From the NCBI GenBank assembly GCA_002633005.1, contig NMRA01000027.1:1611118-1675117 (forward strand): a stretch of DNA of 64,000 nucleotides, read 5' to 3'. Below, piece by piece: positions 12,744-27,000 of this stretch. The notes beneath the pieces were generated by a model. The model had not been told where the DNA came from. It saw nothing but the letters and a program-made list of their open reading frames with translations, and ran no database searches. The translations under genes were made by a program, and so were the position numbers. Numbering within the stretch: the stretch's first letter is position 1; the number at the start of each line of letters is the position of its first letter. This DNA is from Phoronis australis (Eukaryota; Animalia; Phoronida).

Positions 12744-12749
12744 TTTATT
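12744..12749 (-). terminator. Candidate polyadenylation signal for the minus-strand gene
   Basis: AATAAA on the minus strand ~450 nt downstream of the stop at 13197. Confidence 0.4.
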
Positions 12750-13196
12750 GGTGTTGCTCAGATCAATGCGCTATTTCCACGTGTTTCCAAATAGTGTCAA
12801 AACACTTTTGGAGATCTTTAAGCAGCTATGAAGCCGTCTTCCAAACTGACTAACTTCACACAACTTATCTTTATATCTGCTCTCGACCAGCGCGTTGAAT
12901 CGATTGTTTGACGAGGCCATGTTCGGGACATAAAACGACAATTTCCTTCGCTCAGTGTTACAATTCTTCCAAAGTACAAAATCACGCGTAGTCTTAGGAA
13001 AGCGTATCGAGTAGCTTTAAACTTACAACCCCGTGAAATTTAGTGGCATTGGACAAAAGTAACAATGGAGGAAATGAAGCTGACCGTGCGCATAAAAATA
13101 ATCTGATGATCATCTGGCCTGTGCGATCCGACGTTATGTCCTATTGCGAACTTGCAATTGACCAAGTTCACCTAAGACATTCCGCACGTACAGTGT

Positions 13197-14697
13197 TCAC
13201 GTTACGCTGGACTCTTCTTGTTTTATATATTCAGCTAACATCTCAGTTCTCTCATTGAGTTCTTTTACGTCTTCAAGAAGATCCTTTACCTCTTTCTTAC
13301 GATACTCGTTTTGTTTTAGTGAACGATACAATTTTCCATTGCACGACCCCTCTACTGGAGAACTTGGTCTGAGAACTATATCGGGCATTTGGACCACGAT
13401 CTTCTTTCTGGGTGACAGTTCTTCCAATGTATTTGCAGAATCACTAGACGTGTCACTTTCGTTTGCCAATTCGCATTTTTTGCCGCTCGTTTGAATTGTA
13501 ATAAATGATTCTGACGTGAGGTTTTCCTGTTTAAATTTCGGAAGAGCCATTTCGTTGCAGGCGTGGCAAGCAGACGACATTTCGTCCATGAATTTTTCGC
13601 GTGCTTCGAAATTCTTGTTTCTGTTCTGGCACTTAAGACACATTCTCTCCTTACGCCGCCTTTTTACGTAATTCAAGAACTCTGGCTTATTCCTGTGCTT
13701 ATCTTTGTCATACAAGCGATATTTAACCAATTGTTTTACGACTGGTAAGCTCGACCCAGAGCCAAACTTTCCATTGCTTCCCCCGCTGTCTGTTTCGTCC
13801 TCAGAACACACTGGCGTCGTTGCAGGGGCGTAAATTGACTGAGTATGTTGTGCACGTGCTACTTTATCCAAAAGACTGTCCAGAGATGATCGCAAATGGT
13901 AGTTAAACGAATCTGGTTCCAATTCAACTTTGTCAATAGTTTGAGATAACGACAATTTGTGTGGCGATCCTTGATAGAGTTTAGTGCGAGGGTGCTTTTT
14001 ATGCATCGACATTTGTTTAATAAAGGTATTTGAGCTCCGTTCTTGTGTCTGGTTTCGCGCGTCCAGCTGTAAAGGTAGCAGACGATCAGGTTCTTTCACT
14101 GCTCTTCTTCCAACATTTGGGATACTCGACGACGGGTGTAACAATTTCTGAAGATCTGTTAAAACTTTTGTTTTTTGATCACCTGTGTTTACACTGTATC
14201 GCGGTGACAGATTTGGCAACGATTCGCTCGATGGCACTCTAGTGTCCACATTCCCCGTGCTCTTCTCCTTGTTGTCAGGTGCACTCTTACACTCCCTAAC
14301 ATCTTTGAACGGTTCAATCAGCTGTCTTCCTTCCAAGGGATCGAGCTTGGGTGGCGTCTTTGGGCGCTTCTGCTTCCGAATACGTTCCATTTTCATCTGC
14401 TGCAGTTTCATGTGACGTGCAGGATTCATCTCTTGCGTCACTAGCAATAAGTCGTCGGCGCTCTCATTTTTTGGCTTTCGAGAATTTTTTAACTTGGAAT
14501 TGTTCTTGCTGTCGTCTGCTCTCCGCAGTCGCTCCACAGTACTGTCCATGTTAACCTTCTCATGGGAGTAGAGATCCTCTCGGAATCTCGTCAGTTTATC
14601 CAAGTACTGGGCTTGGAACTGGCGTGACTGCCTGTGATCCTCGAACCAGGCGAGATCATCGTCGGCCCACTTGGCCAACCCGGCTTTCTCCATCATC
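13197..14697 (-). CDS. Terminal coding exon of an uncharacterised hydrophilic protein (~538 aa with the upstream exon)
   Basis: 1.5-kb uninterrupted ORF in AT-rich DNA, preceded by the acceptor ctctttatttCAG|G. Lys/Ser/Glu-rich, with basic clusters, CLKC...CHAC and a coiled-coil-like C-terminus. Confidence 0.85.
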
Positions 14698-14743
14698 CTG
14701 AAATAAAGAGGATTTCTTTAAACTGAAGCTCACCAGGAAAAAT

Positions 14744-14767
14744 AACACACGCACGCACGCAAGCAAG

Positions 14768-14800
<33 letters not shown>
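14744..14800. repeat. Compound (GCAC)n/(GC)n/(CA)n microsatellite
   Basis: Directly visible, ~45 nt inside the intron from the acceptor. Confidence 0.9.
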
Positions 14801-14801
<1 letters not shown>

Positions 14802-17800
14802 CAATGGCAATGGCGAAATGCTGTTCCTAACAGCTGCTCTTAAAATTTGGTTACAAAAATATGGAACAGCAGCAGCCTAATAAGCCATTTAAGCTGCACT
14901 TAGTGGTTTTAGTGAATTTGAGAGCGGTTGTTAGGGATAATACTGAGACCAGTGAGGTTTCTTAAAAATAATCTGAAAGTGAAAGAATGACTGTTGTTCA
15001 GTGAAAACTTTTTAAGTGTTCTGCACTGAACCCCAGTCTTCATTTGGGTATGATTATTGAGAAACAAAACCAACCTTTCCGTTCCGTTTCTCATTTCAGT
15101 AACGTGTCCTCGTCGGACATATTCTTATGCTCTTTGGAAGACGTCAAAGTGCCTCTAAACCATGCCGTGTGCCTTCTATTTGAGTCAATATATTACCACA
15201 GTCGCTTTTACACACGTGAGAGCCTCGGGTTCATAACAATCGCAGACTATCTAACCCAATGTCACTGGTCATCATCAAGCCACGACGAGAAACAACCCCT
15301 CAGTAGTGCGTGCATATCAAGACGGAGGTGAATAAACCTGGTCGAATCATTCAACGCTTATCTGTGCATTTTACACACATTTATCTTTGATTACTGCTTT
15401 GTAGGCAAAGTGGCACTCCAGAGAAATTTGATATTCGTATCCAGTCAACGGTGTTACAGACAATAGGACTATTAAGACCTACATGTGTCACAATTGTAGT
15501 ACTTGAACAACCCTTTAATGCATGTTGGTTTTGGTTAACAACAAGGTCATTTTAAAAATGCTTGTCACTCATCGTGTTGGATGTAGAAAAATCTTACATA
15601 CTGGTAACCACCAGTCATATTAATCTAAAGTAATAACCACCTCATCGGTTCCTCCATGTTCACAGCTAAATGTAAGAAAACTAAGCCTGAAATGACAGTC
15701 GGCCAATAACGTGTCTTATGATGTACATGTATACAAACCGGTTAGCGTTGACGGTCTCGGTGAAAATTCTAACGTCACCTAATCCACTCTTTTTGGCAGT
15801 AAGTAAAAAACATGAACCAAGAGATTGTTCGTTTAACAACAGAATTCAATATGGTGGTCGGGATTTATCTGTTTTAAGACAAACAGTAGGATGTGCGTTT
15901 AAACAAACAGACGTAACCTTCACCTGATTGTTGACTTTATACTCGACAATTCAAACATCATAATCAAAACGAGTAACAGCATATCGTGAAATTCCGTGCA
16001 ACATCCACAGATAAAACAAGATACACAATACTTCGTGTAGTTACCAAGCTAAAAAGAGGTGTCTGTTTGACTTCACAAACCGCGTCATATAACATTATCG
16101 AAGTCCCTTTTTTCTTTCATCGTTAATGACGCTAATTGTCAATTACATGTTAACGCGGATGCTCATTTATTACGACTTGAACAGATAACTCTTTTTCGTT
16201 ATTGTGTTCTTAATATATGCCAGTGCTCCTGAACAACACTGGCTTCTGCCGATTCTGGCTTTCTCTGCACTTTTGTATGAGTAGACACTGAAATAGCCAA
16301 CCCAATTCCATTGCAAAAAAACGAGTGTATAATCCTCCTGGATCTTGGATCGGACACCGACACCCGTCATCGTCAGAGGAGGGTAATTTTAAACAATTTG
16401 GTGCCAAATTGCACAAAGGTACTCGTGTAAGCAACACACCTTAGAAAGCGTTGCTACCTGCAGTTGCTGTGTCAGCAAATACTGTATTTCATATGACACG
16501 TCACAAGGAATTTGGCGATTTCATAGCGACGGCGGTGTAGCTCTCCCGTTCCTATTGCTATTGTCCATAAGTCTTACTTCAAATCATCCACGTAGAATGT
16601 TTGATACGGATACATACCATAAAAATATTTGAAACTTCTGTCGCTTGTGGTTTAAGGCTGAAGCCTGATGATGTCATGGATCCGCCTATGTACTTTGTCT
16701 AATTTTCGTCACCTAGCACCTGTCGTCATCATGGCGAAACGAAGGAATCAACAACAGCAAGTGCATAGTGCTGGTCCCTCACTTTCTATGAATGCGTAGT
16801 ACATGTGTGTGAACTGACTAAATAACAACTGCTTAATATACAACCCTCAAAAACGTGCGTATCCCCCGAACAGGTTTGTTGCGACTACACAAGAGAATTT
16901 CGCCTATAGAAGTGACACTAAGGTGTGGGGAATTTCTAACTTGTCAATGAAACCTCAGTGTTTGACTTTCAAGTTCACGACAAAGAGTTTGAAAATACAA
17001 TGTAGTACTATAGAATTCCTCCAAAAGTGACAAAATTAGTCTTTGGTGTTTATTTACTTTTTTGGCAGTGTCTAAAGAATTTCATGCGGTATAGGGTTTA
17101 CTGTGTCTTTTTCGTCCAGTTTGGATACTGAGCTTACTTATATGTTTAATATTACACAAATGACTCTAAAGCCGGCTATTTGATGTTTTGGCCTGACACT
17201 GCGCAACTGTTTGCATTAAATTCATTTAGTCGCCCTATATCATCAAGTTCGTGCCAGCAATGTTTGTTTCCATGTATACCCATAGTTCCCAGGTGTTTAA
17301 GTAGGCAGGTGCTTAGCAAATACACGATTCAGAAACTATTTAAATTAAATTTGAGTGTAGTAAGCGTTATGGAAAGCGATCAATCCTTTTCGGCTATCTT
17401 ATTTAGACTAAGTAGAACTGGCTTATTTTGCAAATCGTTATGATTATAGTTTAATGAAGTTTTAAATCAACCGTAGCGCCATCTCGTAGATCGAATTCAA
17501 ACCTATGACTTCGCGGATAAGTATCCAATCGTAGAAACGAAAATGTCCCAGCAAGAACTGTGGTACATGTTCAGTGCTAACATGCCTTATTAGAAAGCCT
17601 TATATCAATTAACAACAAAATTGTGTGTTTTCTCTCGGCAAAATCATTTTATTCTTACCTATACGGCGCACAAGTATAATTAGCACTGAGGGTATACATG
17701 CAACATGGTCAAAAAGGCACCTCATGGCACAGTACACCGTATGTTGGAAATGGACCAACAGCCAAGCTACAGATTTTGGGGATGTGCCTAATCGTATTGC

Positions 17801-18061
17801 TGTAACGTCAAACCAGAAGACGCTAAAGAATATGCGCACGAGCCAAAATTGTAGAAAACAAAATGGGGGTATTGGCGGGTTGAAGATCTTAGCTTGTCAA
17901 GTTGGCAGTATTGCGTTTCCTTGACTAATTTCAGCGCGTAGTTCATAAGTACTTTCTAGTTTTCAAGACAGTGCAAAAGGCATTTCCGGAATGAGACTTT
18001 AGATTTAGACCAACTAATGATTTGAGAACATTGAATTTGTATTTTATCTGTAAAAATCCGT

Positions 18062-18310
18062 AGTCACCCAATAGTGAATTGGTGATTTATCATTTATTTT
18101 TCCATACCTAAATATATGATGAGAAGTCACCTAGTTGTGAATTGGTGATTTATCATTTATTTTTCCATACCTAAGTATATGGTGAGAAGTCACTTAATCG
18201 GGAATTGGTGACTTATCATTCATTTTCTATACCTAAATATATGATGAGAAGTCACCCAGTTCTGAATTGGTGATTTATCATTCATTTGTCCATACCTAAA
18301 TATATGAGAA
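18062..18310. repeat. ~63-bp tandem repeat, 4 copies
   Basis: AGTCAC...GAATTGGTGATTTATCATT...CCATACCTAAATATATGATGAGA units at ~18062, 18125, 18188 and 18250. Confidence 0.9.
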
Positions 18311-20083
18311 CTAAAAGAACAGTCGTTTTTGCGCTTAATGATGCACGCAGGTACTAGTGTTCAAATGTGCTTAAATGTCCCTCAATTCGCTGAAAAGAAA
18401 ATTTTCACTGATCTCAGACCCACCTGACAAATTCTAGCATACTCAGGTTATCCGCCTTTTTACTTCTCGGAACTGTTTCCCACACGTACCGTGACGCCAT
18501 GTCTGAAGAGTTATTTGTTTCCAACGTTTTCGAACTCGGCACTCCACCTCGACGACTTTGTAGTTAATTACGTCAACTTAGCATTTACGTTTTTTTTCAC
18601 TCCGTTCACTTGTTCAATTGGTCTTTCATGCAGCCCCTACAGAACTATTGGTTTTGGCGCAAGAATAATTACTGTTAGTGGAGCAATAGATCATCGTCAC
18701 TTGCTACGTGTATGGTTTCTTTCCGTTCACTTCGCATCCCAAAGAGGTCTTATAGATTCACTTACTCACCGCCTTCATAATAGTATGAAGCGCGTAAACA
18801 CGTCCCGAAGCTCGCATTAAATAAGTTCCGTTGCCCTAACACAGACATTCTATCCGCCTTTGGCTGTAGTACCGATACAGGACTGATTTCTTGATATGGA
18901 ATTCTTCAAAATTCGCCGGTCTTGCTCTCAACAAAATGTCCCAGCATCCGTGTCAAAATTTCCTTAAGACCATCATTAACGTATACAGGAGAACTGCACT
19001 GTGGCCTACAGAAACATTTCTCTGGATTCAGTCCTTTCCTGTGTGCTCCCTACTGTAACCACGTGAAGGTTTTTTCTCCCAATGTTGTGTAGACTAGAAG
19101 GCTGTGGAGAAATCAGCGTCCTTCGCTCTACTAGTAATGTAGCACTGGGTGGGAGGTTGAAGAGATTAATATATTTCTCATGTCACGTCTAACTCTTCAA
19201 CTCACAGCTTGGCACAGCAACACATCACAAATTCGTCGGCCTTCTCGGTTGCGAGCTGCTGTCAAACACGTCACTCTGAAGCTGAGCTTCTTCACCTCGA
19301 CGCAGTATTTGCTTGTTGTTTTACAACTTTTCAATGCAGTGTGTTGTGGTAGCCGACCAATTTGTGACAACAATGGCTGTGCACACAATTGACAGCCACC
19401 GCGGTTGGGATACGTTGAATAACGAGATGGTAAATGGCTCGAATGTGTATTCTACTGGTCTCATAATAGGTGTTAAGTGTTAGAAAACCAACAGTCATTC
19501 TATTGGACGGATGAAGGAGTGTGTCTATTAAAGCAAATGAGGTGTGAAAGCACTTGAAACGTTGTCCCTAGAACCTTACTGGAACAAATCAGCGAGGAAT
19601 ATTGACTTATTTTTTTCAAGCTGAAAGTCGTATAGCTCTAACACACTAATTGGCTATTGAGCTGCTTCGAGCTTGCAGTTACTGGTGGCAGAAGTATATT
19701 TTCGTTATCAAAATGCTATCAAATGTGGTAGCAAGACCAATAAAATATGCCCATAATCGACTCGGCCATATATGTTCTATTTTGCTACTGCATGTAACTG
19801 TTGCTACTCTTAATGTTCGTTTTATTACGTTTAATCTGGTTCAAAGCACCAGAATCGCCCGAGACATGTTATCAAATTTCTAAAACTACACTAGTTTACA
19901 TGTATATACACCGTATCAGTATGCTTAGCACGCATGTTGGTTTCAGTAATGAAGTTCTTTTTATCAAGGTGAAAATACTAATGTACACTGGACTGAGATT
20001 TCATTGTATTTTCTTTCCTTCAAAGTAAGTGGGTGTCCAACGGAAGGCTGTTTGCACTTTAGTTAACCCGCACACTTTCATAC

Positions 20084-20199
20084 CTGAGAATGTTCAGAGC
20101 AGCCTCTACTGAGTCACCTCTCAGGCTCCACTTTGTGGACGTATCTACCTCAAAAACCACATCTCTCATTCTCATCTTCTTGGTGCTTTGTCGAACCAT
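20084..20199 (-). CDS. Probable first coding exon of the same minus-strand gene
   Basis: ATG in gccATGG context and AG|GTATGA donor. The 116-nt phase-2 exon joins G at 14697 in frame, giving MVRQSTKKMRMRDVVFEVDTSTKWSLRGDSVEAALNILR-MMEKAGLAKW. Confidence 0.6.
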
Positions 20200-23100
20200 G
20201 GCTTCTACCGTATACCCCAAGACGTACGGGGGAAATGTTGAATTCTGGTACCGGTAGTCAAACACCGCACGTCCTAACTCACTGACAAGTCTTTTCTTCG
20301 GTGTGAAGACAGTTAAAACCAAATCACATATCGTTCGTTGATGGTCGCGACTAATTTGTCTTTCAACAAGACGACTGATACATGTTACACAATGTTGTTG
20401 TCATGAGTCTTCTCCAAATAAGACAACTCTTTTGACTGTTACTACTGCAGTTGCCTGTGTCCTCAGTGTCAAAATGTGAGCTGCATATGTGACTATCTGG
20501 GGATATTGCTGAAGGGGCAATGTTTTGTAAGTTTACGAGGTGTAGTTAAATCGTATCATTTAAAAATCGCAAAGGCATTAATGCTCTTTTGTGTCTGAAT
20601 CAGTTGTTTATTATTCAATCACATTGTTGATTATTGGGTAACAGAAAACGTCCAAGGAACGTGGATTCCAACTCAAGGATCCGAAATCTAACAACTTGGA
20701 AACAACAAACTAGTTTGGGGTCCATTCTCATCAAATATTGAAGTATTGGATATGGAGTTTACTTTTTGAACAAAACTTGAACGTACGTATGCCTTTGTAA
20801 TAATATTTCGTTTTACAGCGGTAAGTTCAAAATCGGGATTCATTCGAAATGGCCAATGTTCCCGCGCCGTTGATACTGTTACTGCGCCTCGTTAACCATT
20901 AAAGCCCAAATCACATAAAGTGATTATTATATCTTGAATTTTTTCATTTAAGCATATCAATTAAAATTTACAGCTTTGTAGGCACATTTGCGTTACTGAA
21001 CGATTCTTAGCATCCAATGTGTGCAGATAGACTTCTTCGGGTACAGCGCAGCGCACACTTAGTGATGTGTCTGAATCGGCCATGCGGAAGTCACGTTTTG
21101 GCCAAACTATCTAAACCAACAACTAGTCATTTTGCCCTCCGGCCTGCATTCCGAAGACGCACAAATCTGGCGAAAACGCATAGTCACTCAAGTCTTTGTG
21201 AGATATCATCATGAAATGCAAGCGAAACACATGATCACAATGGCTTTCCTCGCGAAAATCTTGCATCTTCGGAACGCAATCCTGGTTGTAGGTCAGCATC
21301 CATATAGGCTTTATGGTTTCGATTACATCCTAAACGAGTTTTATATTCTACACATGTTCATTGTCTTTTTATTTTCGCAGATTTAACCAATTGCTACATT
21401 GTACATTTCAGAGGGTACTAGAATGGGCCTCTGTGGTTAGATAGCTCTTGGTTGTGCTCTATAAACCCAAAATAATCGTCTCGAGAAAAGCAAGCGCGGC
21501 GCGCTTTGCTTGTAATACATGGCCCTATCTCGGGAAGATTTTCGTAATCTTGGGTTTTCGCGAGATTCTTTCGTTGGCGGAACGCAGACCAGCGCAGCCT
21601 ACATGTTGCCCTGTCTCATTTCGTCGTCCTTAGTGTGCCCAGCTACATGACGTATGCCGCATAGCAACGACAGCACCCTGCCAATTTCGAACACTGCTCG
21701 TCACTAAACGTATCTAAAATTGGTCCAAGGTAATTGTGTCCTCTCAAATGATGAGCATTCAGGTGTGCCCCTAGCAACAATCTTGGGTTTGCAAGCCACT
21801 CCACCTAACCTACTAACAATTCATTGGGCCAGTTCAATGCCGCAAATGCCCATGACTAGTTGCAGTTGTTAGCACCTGATGAACAGTGACTTCTGTTGTC
21901 TGCCAATGAAACCACTGCCAACTCCAATTTCAAGCATTTTGTCAATTTCCTTTAACCGTGTCTCAGTTTATTTGCTTCGCGCACTTAGTGCTGATTTAAA
22001 CCACTTAATGTATTGCTAATAGCTTTTTCTTTTTTACGTTTTAAAGAGATTCTAATTAATCGCCAATTATAGCTGCCAAATAACTCCTACAAAAGGAAAT
22101 TCGCAATTATAGATTACGGTAATGATAGTTTTGTTTTGATGCTAAGTAAAAAGTGCTTACGAAGAATTGCATGAAAACGGCTATTTGCACAGTCAGTGAG
22201 ACGAAAATCTATAGAACTGATTTCTAAATACGTATCTATCCTCTCACGGTTACCTTCAAGCCGATATCATTGCATTGCCTAACGACAACCAAAACAATAC
22301 ATCCGAGCATTACAGGCGTTCAAATACCAGAATTCGTTGTCTAAAAGATTGATTTTTCTGAATTCAACGAGATCTGTAGACAGAGTATTTACTAGTCATA
22401 CACGAAACAGACAATTGTAATAATTCCAATCGATTACTTTAAAATGTGTAGTCACACACTATAGTGTGCCGTCAAATTATAATAGATGGAGAAGTGCTGA
22501 GATCATTGACATAATATTTAAACCTCTGAGATGAACAGTGTAGGAACAGGTTCAACTGAAACATCGTATACATATGTTAGATACCTGCAAAGTCACCGTC
22601 GTTGACATGCTATTACCGGAAATATCTGCAAACTCACCGTCTTTAGCATGTTATTGCCTGAAGGTAGAAAGGCCACAAGCATGCTAACACTGAGCCGAGA
22701 GCAAAGTTTGTGAAACAGATATATATCAGCACTAGTTTAACACTGTTTTGGTGAATGCTCTTACTTTCTCGTGCGGCCTGTTCTCACTTAAAGCTTTGAC
22801 AATTTACAACTCTTGCTGTGGCTTAGACGGTACATTTCCCCACTGGAAATGACCTCATTGTTGCGATTGGAGGAACATCTCTGTTTTTTTTTCAGTTCAT
22901 TAAACTAACGAAAATATTATAAAGGTAATAATTGCAGCTTCTGGTCAGTGCGAATGTGCACCTGCATGAAGACAAAGGGAACTATCAATTTGTCCACCAG
23001 TATGAGAAAAAGAAAACAATTTCCGGAAACACTAAACTATTTTATAACAGAAGAGGTCGGTAATTGCCCACCATTGCGGTCGATTAACTATTCACATTCG

Positions 23101-23818
23101 CCTTCATCGCGCATGTCCGTGGAAAATTCAATTGTAAGGTACATCTATTGCTCATGAGCTGGGTTTATTAGTTTCCGATGTACGAATGTTTACGGCATTT
23201 GTGACATGCTTGGCGTCAATTTTATTCTATTTGAGTTAGTCAAAAGAAGACACTCGTGGGTAAAATACAATGCTGTAAAAATAAATCAATTAAGCCTAAC
23301 GTGTCCTTCAGAAATAATTGATTTAGTGATAGCGATGGATATAGCTAGACGACGTTGTTTTGCTATATAAGCGGTAAAATTTTGCTGCATCGTTGAACGT
23401 TAGTATTAGTTTAATTTATCTTTAGTTTATTTTAGGCAGTCTTTACAAGTTCTTGGAAGTCGAATGTAACTTGACATGAAACGGCTTTGATGGAAAGTTA
23501 GTTTTGAAGTAGAAGAAAACACAAGTATCTGCGATTTAAGAACACAGAAATGTGATGCAAGAAAACGAGACCCTCGGTCATAATATCCTCACTAGTTCTT
23601 TGATAATGATACTAACATTGACATCAAATGATAAATGAGTGTTTTGCTTTTCATTGTTTGTATTTTGATCATTTGATAGCTCCAATTATAAAAAAATATA
23701 AGAAATTAAAAACCCAAAAGGCTCTCGTGATAAGTAGGTGATCCATTTGACTTTAAATATGCAAGTAGAACCTTACGGAATCACTGTCAAATTTGTGTGG
23801 CAAAAAGACGCTTAATTG

Positions 23819-24010
23819 CATGCGCGCCCCCGAGGGGGGGATGCTCAGGGGGCTCCAACGAGCACCCCCCCATTTGGCGAAGTGAGCAAAAAGGTCCGCC
23901 TCAGAGAAGCAAAAAAAAAACGAAAAAGTAGAAAACTAGACAAAAGTCCACTAAGAAGGCAGGAACTACGACAATTCACCCCCCCCCCTTTTAGGCTGGG
24001 TTCGCGCATA
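23819..24010 (+). mobile_element. Non-autonomous DNA element (MITE-like), copy 1
   Basis: CATGCGCGC...GCGCAT ends. The internal CCCCCATTTGGYGAAGTGRGCAAAAA..GGTCCGCCTCAG is shared with 47731-47974 in the opposite orientation. Confidence 0.65.
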
Positions 24011-27000
24011 ATCCAATGTACATATAATAATAACTCCACCATTTGCCCTTTTTCTCAACTCCCGGGAACGTCTGTATTTTCAAACCTATTGGCATTAATT
24101 TGAAAAACACAAGTTAATGAAATAAAGTGTCTAAAATCGTTACGGAAAGATTTTCACAAGGAAAATTATGATCTCGCACGTGGTGTAATTCTCCGTTTTC
24201 TAGATGGTTCCATCGTTCTAAATTGGGGAGGCGTCTTGAATTAGGTTTCATCAGTACACGAATCTGTCTACAAACCAAAACCTTACAGTACCTTCGGTGA
24301 TTCCAATGCCCAATAAAACAAACAATAATATGTGTACTTTTCACCATGAAATCGATCGATATGCGTGGTCTGTTTGCGATATTTACCGACATCTCTGTAT
24401 TTTCGACAACCATTCCTGAGAATATCTGGTGTCATTTTAACCCGCGTACTACAAATTACGCATCTAGACATGTGTCCTTTTGTTTTGGAACCCGCTACAC
24501 TACCGACTGGGATGAGTTGAAAGGAAATAGCCAAGAGGGGAGCAGGGCAATAAAAATGAGGTGGTGTCTGTTGTGGATTTTTGAAGGGCAGACGTCTATA
24601 ATTTGAAACTGTAAATATTTGTAAACGTCAGGTGAACAGAATAGGGTAAGATCCCATTATAACATCTGGTTTTGCTTCGTAACAAATGAACACCCAAAAT
24701 TTCTGTGAAAATCTAGCTCAACAAAACTGCCAAGCAAGGCATTTACTGTCTAGTTTTCAAATACGAGAAAACCCACTGGCTACACACAGGTCGGATATTA
24801 TACACGTGTCGGGGATCGTATACGTGTCGGGGACACAAACCTACCATTGACTGCCAGGCGGCTCACTGCGGGAACGGGTCATCTTGTAAGGCATTACGTC
24901 GTCACGTGAGGTCGCGAGAATTTTACGCACTTGAAAAAACGATGACATGTCAAAACTATTTCAAATTCTTCCAATTTTCGCTGTAATCGTTGCAAGTAAC
25001 AGCGTAATATGTCCGGCTACTTGGAACTCCGCTCTCACTCGTAATTATTCCATTCATGTACATGTATGCGCACTGATTCTTGACTTGGGGCCAACTCAAT
25101 CTTCTTATATGTCACTTGCACACTCTTCAATACCTCGCTTGTGTTTATGAAACCGTTTGCCACCAAGCCATAGACCTTTCCATCAAATTGCTTCATACAA
25201 GTGCCGATTTCAACCACACGTTCCATGTAATTTATGGTGCCTGTATGCCTCTGACTTTTTCTTAAGTAAACCACTGACTAGGTAACGTCTAATCAATCCG
25301 ATCAATCCATCTTTAATGGCCATGGAAATAACCAGAAAAACAAATGAAACCATTGACTGAACCCAGGGACTGGACGCTTCAGTCAAAAGCCAATCCGCAA
25401 ACAGTAACTAATTTACAGTACGCCGCACTGAGTGCTCGGAAACAAGCCATACATGTACATAAGGAGATGACAAATACCTTCGCAGATGATATACTTATTT
25501 TGAATGAACCAAAGGATTTCGATTAGTATTAACTATATAATACGATTTTTGTGACATTTGATACCTTATACGGTTGGCTGCTTGAGCACAAAACGGCTAT
25601 TAAAAACTCATACCGCTTTCTTTACGATAGGAACATGAAGTAGAGAGGAGAGACTCCAGCCTGGGGTGGTTTGCATTCCGAATTCACTTGAACAGATACA
25701 AGGAATAATACATTACTCTCAGAAAAAAGAACCAATGGCGTCACCGTACTACGTGAAGTTATCTGGCACGTCTTTACCACAAAACTTTTGTGCTAGAAAA
25801 ATTGCCACTCAAGTTAAACAAATAAATAATGTTTTTTAACAGTGTTAAGTAGAATCGTGAGTAAGTTACGCCTAATTGTACTATAACCATTGATTATGCT
25901 ATTTTGAGTAAAAGTAAATTAAAGGATTACTAACAATGTAATAATATTCAGAATAGAAATGTATCTGCCAAAAAATCACCAAAGGTAACCTGAATATAAG
26001 CATAAAACTATCGGACTTTTCTCTTACCCGTGACCTTTGAAATGGTTGTTAAAATGTCAATGACATCCATCGAACAATGCCCGTTATAACTTTAATGTGT
26101 TTTGATCCGCTTCTGGGCTCCTGGAAAAACCTCCGAAATGCGCGCGTGTATTCTGTCTGCCATACAAAACGTCGTCATAGATATCTTCTCAAATTGCCCA
26201 TGCATTTCAGAACATCTCTGAAAACCTGTTCATTTATTGACACTGAACGTAAATTACCTCGGGCCTTTTACTTCCGATATCTTGCCAAAACTCAAAAGAT
26301 ACTTACACAGCATCGGTGCTGTGTTGATCAGATTAAACTCACCTATTGCACGTCCCCCATTACACACAGCATGTCCAAACCATATGACCGCCTCCTACAT
26401 AGCAAATACACAACAGCAGTTGCATAACAATCGCCCCAACCTACAATCTTCACCTCGCGAGAAAAAAGTGCGTTGTTCTGCAAGAGCTATTGTTATATAA
26501 GTGTGTCTATTCCATCGTCTTCGCTGACCGGCTCTGGCGTTTAATCGATACAAGCCCCTTGATCAGGTCGTCCGCTACGGTATAATTACAAGATAATCAA
26601 TCACGCTCCTATCACAACTATAAAGATAAAAGGAGCAGATCTTCACCGCAGTTAGCTCTAGTGATAACGCGAAGATAACTTTAGAGTCCGAGAGCCCCTC
26701 TGATGTTTTCTACTCAATACTGAGAAGTCAAACCTGACTGATTAGGAAATAAACTTTTTTGATAGATTCTGTGCTTTGGAACTTTTATGAGCACTACTAA
26801 CGCCCCCTATGTACTTTGATCGAGTCCATCATTATCAACATGCAATCTTGTTTTAATGAATTACCTAGTCCAAGTCACATGCCCACTAGGGATTCTTTAT
26901 TCCATCTGTCAACTTGGGAATATCATCAAGGCAGAAGGGTTCCATGCCGTTACTCGTTTTTAAAAGAACAAGAAGTTCGCCGGGAATTGGATGAATAACA

